A DNA stretch of 64,000 bases from Chthoniobacterales bacterium (lineage in GTDB: Bacteria > Verrucomicrobiota > Verrucomicrobiia > Chthoniobacterales > UBA10450). Position 1 is the first letter of the stretch. Every line of letters begins with the position of its first letter. The DNA is taken from contig JBBPZS010000125.1 of assembly GCA_038198605.1 (NCBI GenBank), positions 19,362 through 83,361 of the forward strand. Direction: 5' to 3'. A model generated the notes under the pieces. The model searched no databases. It saw nothing but the letters and a program-made list of their open reading frames with translations, and had not been told where the DNA came from. Shown here one piece after another: positions 1 through 8,578 of this stretch. The position numbers and the translations under genes are program-made.

Positions 1-1
1 G

Positions 2-160
2 GAACATCAAACCGCGGAGGGCGAAGCGTTGCGCAACGACGAAAATTTCGCGGATGTTTTCGCCTGGGAATATCAGGGCGAACCGGCCGCGGAACCAAAA
101 CTTCACACCGAACCGCTCGTCTTCGAGTCCGTCCACCTCGCCACCCGCAGTTACAAATAG
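2..160 (+). CDS. sdhA: succinate dehydrogenase/fumarate reductase flavoprotein subunit, C-terminal end (5' partial at window edge)
   Basis: Frame is open from the window edge to TAG 158-160. The translation ...[16 protein letters not shown] resembles the conserved SdhA/FrdA C-terminus, and sdhB follows. Confidence 0.7.
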   Translation, partial: EHQTAEGEALRNDENFADVFAWEYQGEPAAEPKLHTEPLVFESVHLATRSYK

Positions 161-184
161 AGTTGAGAGTTTTCAGTTGAGAGA
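160..184. repeat. left inverted repeat (GAGTTGAGAG units) bracketing the four-helix-bundle gene
   Basis: gagttgagagttttcagttgagaga matches the reverse complement of 581-605 at 21 of 25 positions. It overlaps the last base of the sdhA stop codon. Confidence 0.8.
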
Positions 185-208
185 TGAGGGACGGAAGAGC
201 GAGGAATT

Positions 209-565
209 ATGTTTAACTTTGAAAAGCTCGAGGTTTGGCAAAAGGCGATTGATTTCGCCGATTTGGTCTACGTAACAACCAAACGGTTTCCCGCCGACGA
301 GCGTTTTGGCCTAACGAACCAAATGCGTCGGGCGGCGGTTTCGATTTCGTCGAATGTCGCGGAAGGTTGTTCGCGCAGCTCAAAGCCGGATTTCGCGCGT
401 TTCGTCGAAATCACCACCGGCTCCGTCTTCGAAGTCGTTTCGCAAGCGTTCATTGGGCTTCGCCAACAGTTTCTCGACGAAGACGCATTTCAGCGCTTGT
501 ACCAAGCTGCCGAAGAACAAAGCAAGATGCTGAGCGGCCTGCGCAAATCCCTTCTTTCTTCCTAG
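209..565 (+). CDS. four-helix-bundle protein, 23S rRNA intervening-sequence protein family
   Basis: 118 aa with family-typical motifs: F..L.VWQKA near the N-terminus, RRAAVSISSNVAEG, and GSVFEV. It is paralogous to 48520-48873 and to the pseudogene at 43282-43931. Confidence 0.85.
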   Translation: MFNFEKLEVWQKAIDFADLVYVTTKRFPADERFGLTNQMRRAAVSISSNVAEGCSRSSKPDFARFVEITTGSVFEVVSQAFIGLRQQFLDEDAFQRLYQAAEEQSKMLSGLRKSLLSS

Positions 566-580
566 CACCCGACCAATGAT

Positions 581-605
581 TCTCTCAGCTTTCAACTCTC
601 AACTC
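581..605. repeat. right inverted repeat bracketing the four-helix-bundle gene
   Basis: tctctcagctttcaactctcaactc is the reverse-complement partner of 160-184. It ends 5 nt before the sdhB ATG. Confidence 0.8.
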
Positions 606-610
606 TCAAC

Positions 611-1366
611 ATGAACTTTTCCCTCCGGATCTGGCGTCAACCGGCGCGCGATGCGAAAGGCAAACTCGAGGAATACGAGGTGCGCGATATTTCGCCTGCG
701 ACCTCCTTCCTCGAGATGCTCGACATCCTGAACGAACAGCTCACGACCGGTCAAAAAGAGCCGATCGCGTTCGATTCCGATTGCCGGGAAGGCATCTGCG
801 GCACTTGTAGCCTAACGATCAACGGGGAAGCGCACGGACCCTCGCATCCCGCCGCGGCTTGTCAGCTTTACATGCGCCAGTTCAAGGATGGCGAAACGAT
901 CACGGTCGAGCCGTTCCGGGCCCGATCTTTCCCGATCGTGAAAGATCTCGTCATCAATCGCTCCGCCCTCGACCGCATCGTTCAGGCCGGCGGGTTCGTT
1001 AGTGCCCGCACCGGTTCCGCGCCGGAAGCGAACGCGATCCCGGTGCCGAAGCACGACGCCGATCTCGCCATGGAAGCGGCCGCCTGCATTGGTTGCGGCG
1101 CCTGCGCAGCGGCCTGCCCGAACGCTTCTGCCATGCTCTTCACTTCCGCGAAAATTTCCCACCTTGCCCTCCTCCCGCAGGGGAAGCCGGAGCGTTCGCG
1201 TCGCGTTCTCCGCATGGTCCGGCAAATGGATGAGGAAGGTTTCGGCAACTGCACTAACACCTACGAGTGCGAAGCGGTTTGCCCGGCCGAGATCAGCGCC
1301 AGTTTCATCGGGAAAATGAACCGCGAGTATGCCATCGCCAGCTTGCGCGAGCGCATCGGCGAATAG
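611..1366 (+). CDS. sdhB: succinate dehydrogenase/fumarate reductase iron-sulfur subunit
   Basis: 251 aa with 2Fe-2S (CREGICGTC), 4Fe-4S (CIGCGACAAACP) and 3Fe-4S (CTNTYECEAVCP) cysteine motifs. Confidence 0.9.
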   Translation: MNFSLRIWRQPARDAKGKLEEYEVRDISPATSFLEMLDILNEQLTTGQKEPIAFDSDCREGICGTCSLTINGEAHGPSHPAAACQLYMRQFKDGETITVEPFRARSFPIVKDLVINRSALDRIVQAGGFVSARTGSAPEANAIPVPKHDADLAMEAAACIGCGACAAACPNASAMLFTSAKISHLALLPQGKPERSRRVLRMVRQMDEEGFGNCTNTYECEAVCPAEISASFIGKMNREYAIASLRERIGE

Positions 1367-1382
1367 GCGCGCCCGGTTTGCC

Positions 1383-2762
1383 CTAACGAATCTCCACGGG
1401 AGGAGCAATCCCTTCTCGCGCCGCCTCCCGCCAGCGCACGATTTCCACCCCGCTGATGCAAAACATGACCCAGGCTACGCCTTCCACCATCGCGATCAGG
1501 GCATCGCTCAGGAGCGTCACCTCGAGATAGAGACTGCTCAGCGTGATAAGCAAAACGAGCAGGACGGTTGCCGAGATGACAAAGACACGCCAAGGCCAGC
1601 GCTCCAGCGTGCGCACGAGCACAAAGGCCAGCGTGCCGTAAACGACCGTGCTCGTCATCAGGTCGCCATCGAGCGGGCCCAGCGTCGCGCCGTGGCCGAA
1701 GTGCGGGCGCCCGCCGGCAAAAATAAGCTTCAAAATAAAATCGAGCACTACCCCGCCGGGCGCGGCGATCAGCACCAGGCGAAGACGATGCCGGTTGTGC
1801 CGGCCGAGCAGGACCGCGAGTAAAAAAAGCGCGACCAGCCAATAGGCCGAGCCGAGATGCGCCATCAACTTCATCACCGGGCTCATCGGTCCGCCGGAGT
1901 GGTGCGCAAACCATTGCACCACGTCCAGGTCCGCCGCCAGAAACCAGCTGCGCGTGCCGATCCTTTCGAGCAAACCGCCAAAGATCGCCACCGCCGCGAG
2001 CAGGAGAAAAACTCCGATCGTGAGATGGATGCCGAGATAACCATCGGGCGAGAGCCGCTGTTGCAGCCAGTCGATCTGGCGCGCGAAGCGGAGCCGCAGC
2101 CTAACGACCCAGGGCCGGGCGCAGAATTGCCGCCACCATTCCCGAATCTCCAGCTCGCGACTCGTGATGCCGCGCCAGAGCACGATCGTCACCACCACCA
2201 TCGCGCCGAGGATTGCCCCGATCACACCCGCGCGGCCGATCCAGCGATCGACCAGGTGCCAGCTCTGGCCAAAGACATAACCGACCAGGGAGAAAATCGT
2301 CGCCCACAGCACACAGCCGATGGCGTTGAAAATAAGAAAGCGCACGTAAGGCAGCCGCGCCGCGCCGGCGAAGAACGGCATCAGCGCGCGCCCGACATGC
2401 AGGAAATGCGCGAAGAGCACGCTCAATCCGCCATAGCGCAGAAAGAATGCGTCCATCCGGTCGAGTCGTTCCGGCCGGAGCCAGAATTTCTCGCCATGCA
2501 GCCGCAACCAATCGCGCCCGAGCCGGCGGCCAAACTCGTAGCCGATGCTATCCCCCACGATCGCCGCACTCGCCACCACCACGATCAACACCCGCAGATC
2601 GAGCAACTCCTGGCCGGCGAGGAACCCGGCCACCATCACCATGCTTTCGCCCGGCATGAAAAAGCCGAGGAAGGCCTGGCATTCCAGCATCACGATGAGG
2701 AACACGATCACATAACCCCAGTTGTCGAGGCGCAGGATGAGATCGTTAATGTGTTGCAGCAT
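1383..2762 (-). CDS. DedA (VTT domain) fused to a PAP2-like domain, membrane protein
   Basis: 459 aa. The N-terminal half looks like a DedA/SNARE-associated domain. The C-terminal half has the PAP2 motif 1 (KLIFAGGRP), but motifs 2 and 3 are degenerate. Confidence 0.75.
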   Translation of the reverse strand: MLQHINDLILRLDNWGYVIVFLIVMLECQAFLGFFMPGESMVMVAGFLAGQELLDLRVLIVVVASAAIVGDSIGYEFGRRLGRDWLRLHGEKFWLRPERLDRMDAFFLRYGGLSVLFAHFLHVGRALMPFFAGAARLPYVRFLIFNAIGCVLWATIFSLVGYVFGQSWHLVDRWIGRAGVIGAILGAMVVVTIVLWRGITSRELEIREWWRQFCARPWVVRLRLRFARQIDWLQQRLSPDGYLGIHLTIGVFLLLAAVAIFGGLLERIGTRSWFLAADLDVVQWFAHHSGGPMSPVMKLMAHLGSAYWLVALFLLAVLLGRHNRHRLRLVLIAAPGGVVLDFILKLIFAGGRPHFGHGATLGPLDGDLMTSTVVYGTLAFVLVRTLERWPWRVFVISATVLLVLLITLSSLYLEVTLLSDALIAMVEGVAWVMFCISGVEIVRWREAAREGIAPPVEIR

Positions 2763-2846
2763 GGGCAGACGGTAGAATTATCATGCGATCTCGACTGCGC
2801 GAACGGAAAGCGCCCCTGCGGCGCGAAAGATCAGGCGTTTTCTTAA

Positions 2847-2926
2847 CCGCAGAGGACGCCGAGGACGCAGAGCGGCGGTGGAAAGCCAGCCTCTCGCCCT
2901 CGTTCCCAAGCTCCAGCTTGGGAACG
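2847..2926. repeat. left flank of the RAYT unit: outer inverted repeat (2847-2872) plus REP hairpin (2901-2926)
   Basis: ccgcagaggacgccgaggacgcagag matches the reverse complement of 3635-3660 at 25 of 26 positions. cgttcccaagctccagcttgggaacg is a self-complementary hairpin. Confidence 0.8.
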
Positions 2927-2964
2927 CACTTGTCTTGGAAGCTCTGCTTCCCCACTCTCGGCCC

Positions 2965-3495
2965 ATGCGCTCTCGCTACGAGGTCCACGAGAAGCACCAC
3001 GCCCATTTCATTACTGCGACGATCGTCGAATGGCTCCCGCTCCTGGCCACCTCCGGGTGTTGCGACATTATCGTGCGCTCCCTGGCTTTCTGTCGGGAGA
3101 AGAAGGGGCTGAAAATCTACGGTTGGGTGATTCTCGATACCCACCTCCACGCCATTGTCGCCGCGCCGGAGCTATCCGCAGTGCTGCGCGACTTCAAGAG
3201 CTTCACCGCAAAGGAGCTCCTCGCGCAGGTAGAACAGGAAGGCCGCGCCTGGCTGCTCAATCAGCTGAGCTATTACCGCGCGGCGCATAAAGCGACGAGG
3301 CACCAGATCTGGCAGGAGGGTTCGCATCCGCAGGCGATCGTGGGTGATGAAATGATGGAACAGAAGCTGGAGTATCTGCACAATAATCCGGTGAAGCGGG
3401 GATGGGTCGCCTCTCCGGAGCATTGGCGCTACTCCTCGGCGCATGAGTGGCTGCCGGCGGCGCAACCGGGGTTGCGCTGTGATTCCTGGCGGTAG
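2965..3495 (+). CDS. REP-associated tyrosine transposase (RAYT, IS200/IS605 Y1 family)
   Basis: HUH motif (THLHAIV) and catalytic-Tyr region (YLHNNPVKRGW). Start is taken at the second Met because the upstream part of ORF 2878-3495 is translated REP sequence. Confidence 0.8.
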   Translation: MRSRYEVHEKHHAHFITATIVEWLPLLATSGCCDIIVRSLAFCREKKGLKIYGWVILDTHLHAIVAAPELSAVLRDFKSFTAKELLAQVEQEGRAWLLNQLSYYRAAHKATRHQIWQEGSHPQAIVGDEMMEQKLEYLHNNPVKRGWVASPEHWRYSSAHEWLPAAQPGLRCDSWR

Positions 3496-3532
3496 GCGGT
3501 TCAAGACGAAGCTGGAGCTTCGCGGACATCTG

Positions 3533-3660
3533 CGTTGCCAAGCTGGAGCTTGGGAACGAGGGTTGCGCCTGAGAACGAGGAGGCGCGCCGGGGAAAAACC
3601 TGGATGCGCCTGAAATCAAAATCCCCATTTCCCACTCTGCGTCCTCTGCGTCCTCTGCGG
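3533..3660. repeat. right flank of the RAYT unit: REP hairpin (3533-3558) plus outer inverted repeat (3635-3660)
   Basis: cgttgccaagctggagcttgggaacg hairpin, and ctctgcgtcctctgcgtcctctgcgg as partner of 2847-2872. Confidence 0.8.
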
Positions 3661-3722
3661 TGAAATACCTCCCCGCGAAATCTTTTTTTGGCGCACGCGA
3701 CGTTGCTGGCTAAAATCAGCCG

Positions 3723-4766
3723 ATGCTTCAGACTGCGACTCGTGCCGGCTCCTCTTCCTCCAAAGAAGGTCCGCCGCACCCGCGCTACCTCGAGGCATTT
3801 CGCTGGATGCTCCAGACCCGCATCCTTGAAGAAAAGCTGACCAGTCTCTATCGCGGCGGCCTGATCACGGGCGGCGTCTATGTCGGTCGTGGGCAGGAGG
3901 CGGTGAGCACGGCTTGCGGTTTATTTTTGCAAAAGGGCGATGTCTTTGGGCCGCTCATTCGCGACCAGGCGGGACGCGCCGCCGCGGGCGAGCCGCTGCT
4001 GAATGTCACGCGCACTTATCTGGGCTCGCGCGAGGGCTCGATGCGCGGGCGCGACGGCAATATTCACCGCGGCTGGCCCGAGACCGGGCAGATCGCGATG
4101 ATCAGTCACCTCGGATCGCTCATCCCGGTCGTGGTCGGCAAGCTGATGGCGAAACGGATGAAAGGGGAGAAAAATTTCGTTGGCCTAACGACGATCGGCG
4201 AAGGCGGGATGCAGACCGGTGCGACGCACGAGGGGATGAATATCGCGGCGGTGGAGAAGGCGCCGTTCGTCCTGGTGGCGTCGAATAATCACTTTGCTTA
4301 TTCGACCCAAAACGATCGCCAATTTGCCTGCGCCAAACTGGTTGATCGGGCGAAAGCTTACGGTTACGAAGGGCATGAAATCGATGGCACAAAGCTGGCC
4401 GACTGCCTCGAAGTAATCGGCGGCGCGGTGGAACGGGCGCGCAAAGGCGGTCCGCCGCAACTGGTCGTGGCGTCGCTTCTACGACTGGCGGGACATGGCG
4501 AGCACGATGACGCCAGCTATGTGCCGCCGGAGATGAAGAAGGAACCGTGGGCGCAGGATTGCGTGCTCGCGACTGAGAAATTGATCAGTGAAAACGGCTG
4601 GCTCGATACCGCGACCTTGAAGCAATGGCGCGCGGAACTTTCTGCGGAAGTAGGGAAGGCAGTCGATACCGCGCAGCGCGAAGCGGCCCCGGTGGCGAGC
4701 GAAGAAGATTGGTGCGCAATGGCGACGCGCGGAATGGTGGACTCGCCCGCGCTGGCGCGGGAATAA
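3723..4766 (+). CDS. 2-oxoacid dehydrogenase E1 component, alpha subunit (TPP-dependent)
   Basis: 347 aa with a TPP-binding region (GEGGMQTGATHEGMNIAA...NNHFAYST). It is followed by E1 beta and E2. The start codon is uncertain. Confidence 0.85.
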   Translation: MLQTATRAGSSSSKEGPPHPRYLEAFRWMLQTRILEEKLTSLYRGGLITGGVYVGRGQEAVSTACGLFLQKGDVFGPLIRDQAGRAAAGEPLLNVTRTYLGSREGSMRGRDGNIHRGWPETGQIAMISHLGSLIPVVVGKLMAKRMKGEKNFVGLTTIGEGGMQTGATHEGMNIAAVEKAPFVLVASNNHFAYSTQNDRQFACAKLVDRAKAYGYEGHEIDGTKLADCLEVIGGAVERARKGGPPQLVVASLLRLAGHGEHDDASYVPPEMKKEPWAQDCVLATEKLISENGWLDTATLKQWRAELSAEVGKAVDTAQREAAPVASEEDWCAMATRGMVDSPALARE

Positions 4767-4767
4767 T

Positions 4768-4921
4768 CGATGAAATCCGAATCTCGAATGTCGAAATCCG
4801 AAACAAATCCGAATGACCGAATTTTCGAGAGAGGCCCGTTCCTCGTCTTAGCGCCGGGGCTGGTTTCGGATTTTGAACTTCGAACATTGTCTCGGATTTC
4901 GAGATTCGGATTTCGGATTTT
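4768..4921. repeat. hairpin-capable inverted repeat element built of GAAATCCGAA units, filling the E1alpha-E1beta spacer
   Basis: Perfect 17-nt outer arms: gaaatccgaatctcgaa at 4772-4788 and its reverse complement at 4898-4914. Inner arms are imperfect. No ORF lies inside. Confidence 0.8.
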
Positions 4922-4930
4922 CCCCATCTC

Positions 4931-5899
4931 ATGAGCGTTACGTACCTCGAAGCGATCCGCGAGGCGCAGGCGTATCTCTTGCGCGAGGACGAGCGCGTCT
5001 ATCTCTACGGACAGGATATTGCCGGGAAATTCGGCGGAGCGTTCAAGGCGACGAAAGGATTGGCGGAGAAATTTCCCGGCCGGGTCCTAAATACGCCGAT
5101 CAGCGAAGACGCGATGGTCGGCACCGCGATCGGCGCGGCGATGGAAGGGATGCGGCCGATCGTGGAGATGCAGTTCGCCGATTTCTCCAGCATTGCGTTG
5201 AACCAGATTCTGAATAACGCCGGCACCCAGTATTTCCGGACGAATATCCCCTGCCCGATCACGGTGCGGCTGCCGAGCGGCGGAACGAAGGGCAGCGGGC
5301 CGTTTCACAGTCAGAGCATGGAGGCGATTTACTCGCATTATCCCGGCTTGGTCGTGGTCACGCCCGCGACGGTGGAAGACGCCTACACGATGTTGATCGA
5401 TGCGGTCGCGATCGATGACCCGGTCGTTTACTGCGAACACAAGTATCTTTATTACCACCTCAAAGCCGACGCCCTGCCGAAAGACCGGCTACCGATCGGG
5501 AAGGCGCGTATCGTTAGGCCAGGTCGCGACCTGAGCATCGTGACCTACAGCGCGATGGTGCACGAGGCGCTCGCGGTGGCGAAGGAATTCAGCGCCAACG
5601 GCGTCGAGATCGAAGTGGTCGATCTGCGCAGTATCAAGCCGCTCGATACCGGGACCGTGCTCGCCTCCGTTGCGCGCACGGGGCGGCTGCTCTGCGTGGG
5701 CGAGTCGTTTCCCTGGGGCGGTGCGACGGCGGAAGTGATCGCGCGCGTCGCGCCGGAAGGTTTTCATCTCCTCGATGCGGCGCCGGCGCGGATCAACGCC
5801 AAGGACACGCCGATTCCTTATCATCCCAATCTCTGGACAGAGCATCGCCCGAACGCGAAATCGATCGCCGCGCAGGCGCGCCGGATTTTAGCCGAATGA
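4931..5899 (+). CDS. 2-oxoacid dehydrogenase E1 component, beta subunit
   Basis: 322 aa with a transketolase-like pyrimidine-binding and C-terminal domain pattern (NTPISEDAMVG, EMQFADF). Confidence 0.9.
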   Translation: MSVTYLEAIREAQAYLLREDERVYLYGQDIAGKFGGAFKATKGLAEKFPGRVLNTPISEDAMVGTAIGAAMEGMRPIVEMQFADFSSIALNQILNNAGTQYFRTNIPCPITVRLPSGGTKGSGPFHSQSMEAIYSHYPGLVVVTPATVEDAYTMLIDAVAIDDPVVYCEHKYLYYHLKADALPKDRLPIGKARIVRPGRDLSIVTYSAMVHEALAVAKEFSANGVEIEVVDLRSIKPLDTGTVLASVARTGRLLCVGESFPWGGATAEVIARVAPEGFHLLDAAPARINAKDTPIPYHPNLWTEHRPNAKSIAAQARRILAE

Positions 5900-6038
5900 T
5901 GACCATCGCGCACCAGGACCGGAGCACAGGCATCCTGCCTGTGTGGACGGTAGGCGTCCCGCCTGCCGCACCGGCCGTGCCTGGCCCCACCCCTGCTTCC
6001 CCCACCGGAAAGTTGCCGGTGCACCGACACTTTTAATT

Positions 6039-7304
6039 ATGCCGAAAATCCCAATCACTATGCCACAGCTCGGCGAATCGATGGCCGAGGCCACGATCGT
6101 CGCGATCAAGGTTCAGCCCGGAGATAAGGTCGCGGCCGACCAGGAGATCATCGAAGTCGAGACGGACAAGGCGGTCATGGGCGTGACCACGCCGTGCCCC
6201 GGCGAGATCGCGAAGATCGATGCAGAAGTGAAAGGCGTGTATGCGGTCGGCGCCGTGCTCGGCTATATCGAGGCGAGCGAAGCAGACGCAGCGCGCTTTA
6301 CTAAAAACGCGCCAGCACCTCCGCAGGGCGAAGTAGCGGAGGAGATTCCAGGTCGCGAAGAGGAATCAGCCAAGGCGGCGAAAACGCAAAACGGCAGCGG
6401 CTCCCATTTTCAGGTGGACGAAACGAGCCTGCCGCAGGTGGACTCGTATTCCCAGGCGGATAAAGCCGGCGGCCTGCCGGTGCCGGCGGGAGCGAAAGGC
6501 GCGGGCTATCTTTCACCGCGAGTGAAGGCGCGGATGGCCGAATTGAAACTGACGCAGGCCGATCTCGCAGCCGTCCAAGGAAGCGGCAATGCCGGGCGGG
6601 TGACGATCAAGGACTTGGAAACATTTCTCGGCAGCCTGGACAAACAAACGGCAGAAGACGCGAGCGCGATTCGCACCGGCGTGGCCGATGCAATGCGGCG
6701 GAGCTGGACGCGCCCGCTCGCGACGGTGGGCCTGTCGGTTTGTCTAGACCCGGTGCTGGAAGATCGCAGAAAACGCGATCCGAAACCGGGCCCGGCCCTG
6801 TATGTTTTGCGCGCGCTGGCTTTGGCGCTCGCGGAAACGCCGGCCGCGGCTGCACGATTAATCGGCAACCGCGCTTTGCGTTCGGAATCGATCGACATCG
6901 GCGTCGCTGTGGAAGCGCAGGACGGCATCATGGTTCCGGTCATTCGCGGCGCAGACAAGACTTCACTTGCTGACCTAACGAGTCGCTACACCGAGCTAGT
7001 CGACCTCGCGCGCCGGCGGCGCGTGACCGCGGAGATGACCGCGGGCGGCATCGCATCCGTTTCAAACTTCGGCACCTTTGGGCTGGACTGGGGCACGCCC
7101 ATTCCCCTGCCCGATCAGACGCTTCTCCTCGGCCTCGGCGCGGGAAAAAAAGCGCCCACCTGGAGCGAGGAGAAAATGCAGTTCGTGCCGACGACGCAGG
7201 CTGAACTCACCCTCAGCTTCGATCACCGCAGCCTCGACGGCGGGGGCGCCGGTCGGCTGCTGCAGCGCGTAACCGAGCTACTCGGCACGCCAGACAAGCT
7301 CTAG
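6039..7304 (+). CDS. dihydrolipoamide acyltransferase (E2)
   Basis: Lipoyl domain (EVETDKAVMGV), E3-binding domain, and catalytic DHRSLDGG. Start is taken at MPKIPITMPQLGESM because the upstream 32 codons are REP sequence. Confidence 0.9.
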   Translation: MPKIPITMPQLGESMAEATIVAIKVQPGDKVAADQEIIEVETDKAVMGVTTPCPGEIAKIDAEVKGVYAVGAVLGYIEASEADAARFTKNAPAPPQGEVAEEIPGREEESAKAAKTQNGSGSHFQVDETSLPQVDSYSQADKAGGLPVPAGAKGAGYLSPRVKARMAELKLTQADLAAVQGSGNAGRVTIKDLETFLGSLDKQTAEDASAIRTGVADAMRRSWTRPLATVGLSVCLDPVLEDRRKRDPKPGPALYVLRALALALAETPAAAARLIGNRALRSESIDIGVAVEAQDGIMVPVIRGADKTSLADLTSRYTELVDLARRRRVTAEMTAGGIASVSNFGTFGLDWGTPIPLPDQTLLLGLGAGKKAPTWSEEKMQFVPTTQAELTLSFDHRSLDGGGAGRLLQRVTELLGTPDKL

Positions 7305-7529
7305 CGCCGCGACTTAATCCGGGGAGCGCACGCGCCCTCGCGTGCTCAATCCGGCGCCTCGCCGGATTGCCTGGACGGCTCACAGGCCTGTCCCACGGCT
7401 TGTGATGCCGGGCGGGGAATGTTTGCGGCGAGGCGCCGCAAACGGCACTCGAGGCGCGTGCGCTCCCCGGAGTTGGGCCCGGGTGCGCCCTTGCGATTCA
7501 ACCCCCGTCCTTTAAGTTTGCGCCAGCTG

Positions 7530-8084
7530 ATGAATTCCACTCCGACGATTGATCCCGCGATCCGCATGGATGAGCTGCTCGAGCAGTATCCCGGCGCTCA
7601 ACGCGCGCTTTTCCGCCGCTATCACATTGGCGGCTGCGCGAGCTGCGGCTTCAGCCCGGAGGAGACTTTGGGCGGCGTTTGCGAACGCAACGAGAACCTC
7701 GATGTCGATGAGGTCATCGAACACATCCAGACCAGTGACGCCGCTGACCGCGCGATGCAGATTGAGCCCCGCGAACTGGCTGATCGACTCGCCGCCGGCG
7801 AAACGATTCACCGCCTCGACATCCGCACCCGCGAGGAATTCGACGCCGTAAAAATCCCCGGCGCACAGCTTTTCACCCAGGAATTCATGCAGGAAATTTT
7901 GGCCAAGTGGTCACGCTCGGACCTGGTTGTCATTTACGATCATCAGGGCGCGCGCAGCATGGATGCAGCCGCTTATTTTCAAGGGCACGGCTTTGAGAAA
8001 ATCAAGAGCCTGCGCGGCGGGATCGATGCCTGGAGCGCGGAGGTGGATTCGAAATTGCCCCGCTACCACCTGGAAAACGCCTAA
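7530..8084 (+). CDS. DUF1858-like redox-disulfide domain fused to a rhodanese-like domain
   Basis: The N-terminus (YHIGGCASCGF) is typical of hybrid-cluster-associated disulfide proteins. The C-terminal half has a rhodanese fold pattern. The TAA stop lies inside a CCTAACGA motif. Confidence 0.65.
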   Translation: MNSTPTIDPAIRMDELLEQYPGAQRALFRRYHIGGCASCGFSPEETLGGVCERNENLDVDEVIEHIQTSDAADRAMQIEPRELADRLAAGETIHRLDIRTREEFDAVKIPGAQLFTQEFMQEILAKWSRSDLVVIYDHQGARSMDAAAYFQGHGFEKIKSLRGGIDAWSAEVDSKLPRYHLENA

Positions 8085-8087
8085 CGA

Positions 8088-8561
8088 ATGAACGACGACC
8101 TCGAGAAACGGATCGAAGCGGCGGTGAAGAACCCGCAAAACCTGGGCGAGATGGAAAACGCCGACGCCATCGGCACGGTCGGCAGCGCCGATTGCGGCGA
8201 CATGCTGCGGATGTGGGTGAAGTTCAAGGAAGAAGGCGGGCGCAAGGTGATCGATCGCGCGACTTTCCAGACTTTTGGCTGTCAGACCGCGATCGCGGTC
8301 GCCAGCGTCGCGACCGAGATGCTTGCGGGCAAGACAGTCGACGAAGCGATGTCGCTGTCGGGCGAAGAGCTGGCCGCGCCGTTAGGCGCGTTGCCGCCGG
8401 TGAAGATTCATTGCGCGCAGCTTGTGGAAGGCGCGCTCCGTTCCGCGCTCAGCGGCGCTCCCGCGCCGGCCTCCCCGTCAGCACAGGCGCCGACCCTGAT
8501 GGATTCCTTTTCCCCCGCAGCGTCGACGCCGAAGAAGCTAAAAATCGTTCTCGATTCCTGA
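8088..8561 (+). CDS. NifU/IscU-like Fe-S cluster scaffold protein
   Basis: Three conserved cysteines in the contexts GSADCGD, FGCQTAIA and IHCAQL. Confidence 0.8.
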   Translation: MNDDLEKRIEAAVKNPQNLGEMENADAIGTVGSADCGDMLRMWVKFKEEGGRKVIDRATFQTFGCQTAIAVASVATEMLAGKTVDEAMSLSGEELAAPLGALPPVKIHCAQLVEGALRSALSGAPAPASPSAQAPTLMDSFSPAASTPKKLKIVLDS

Positions 8562-8578
8562 CCTAACGAATTTTTCCC

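Noticed and set aside
5943-6038. N-terminal extensions of many ORFs through repeat DNA (E2 5943-6038, icd 56383-56568, M2 peptidase 58399-58656, pgi 60689-60820, RAYT-1 2878-2964, deacetylase 24669-24995).
   Set aside because: The extensions translate REP elements (recurring peptides such as AGAPPA..., PKLQLGN). Conserved protein N-termini or signal peptides begin at internal Met codons.
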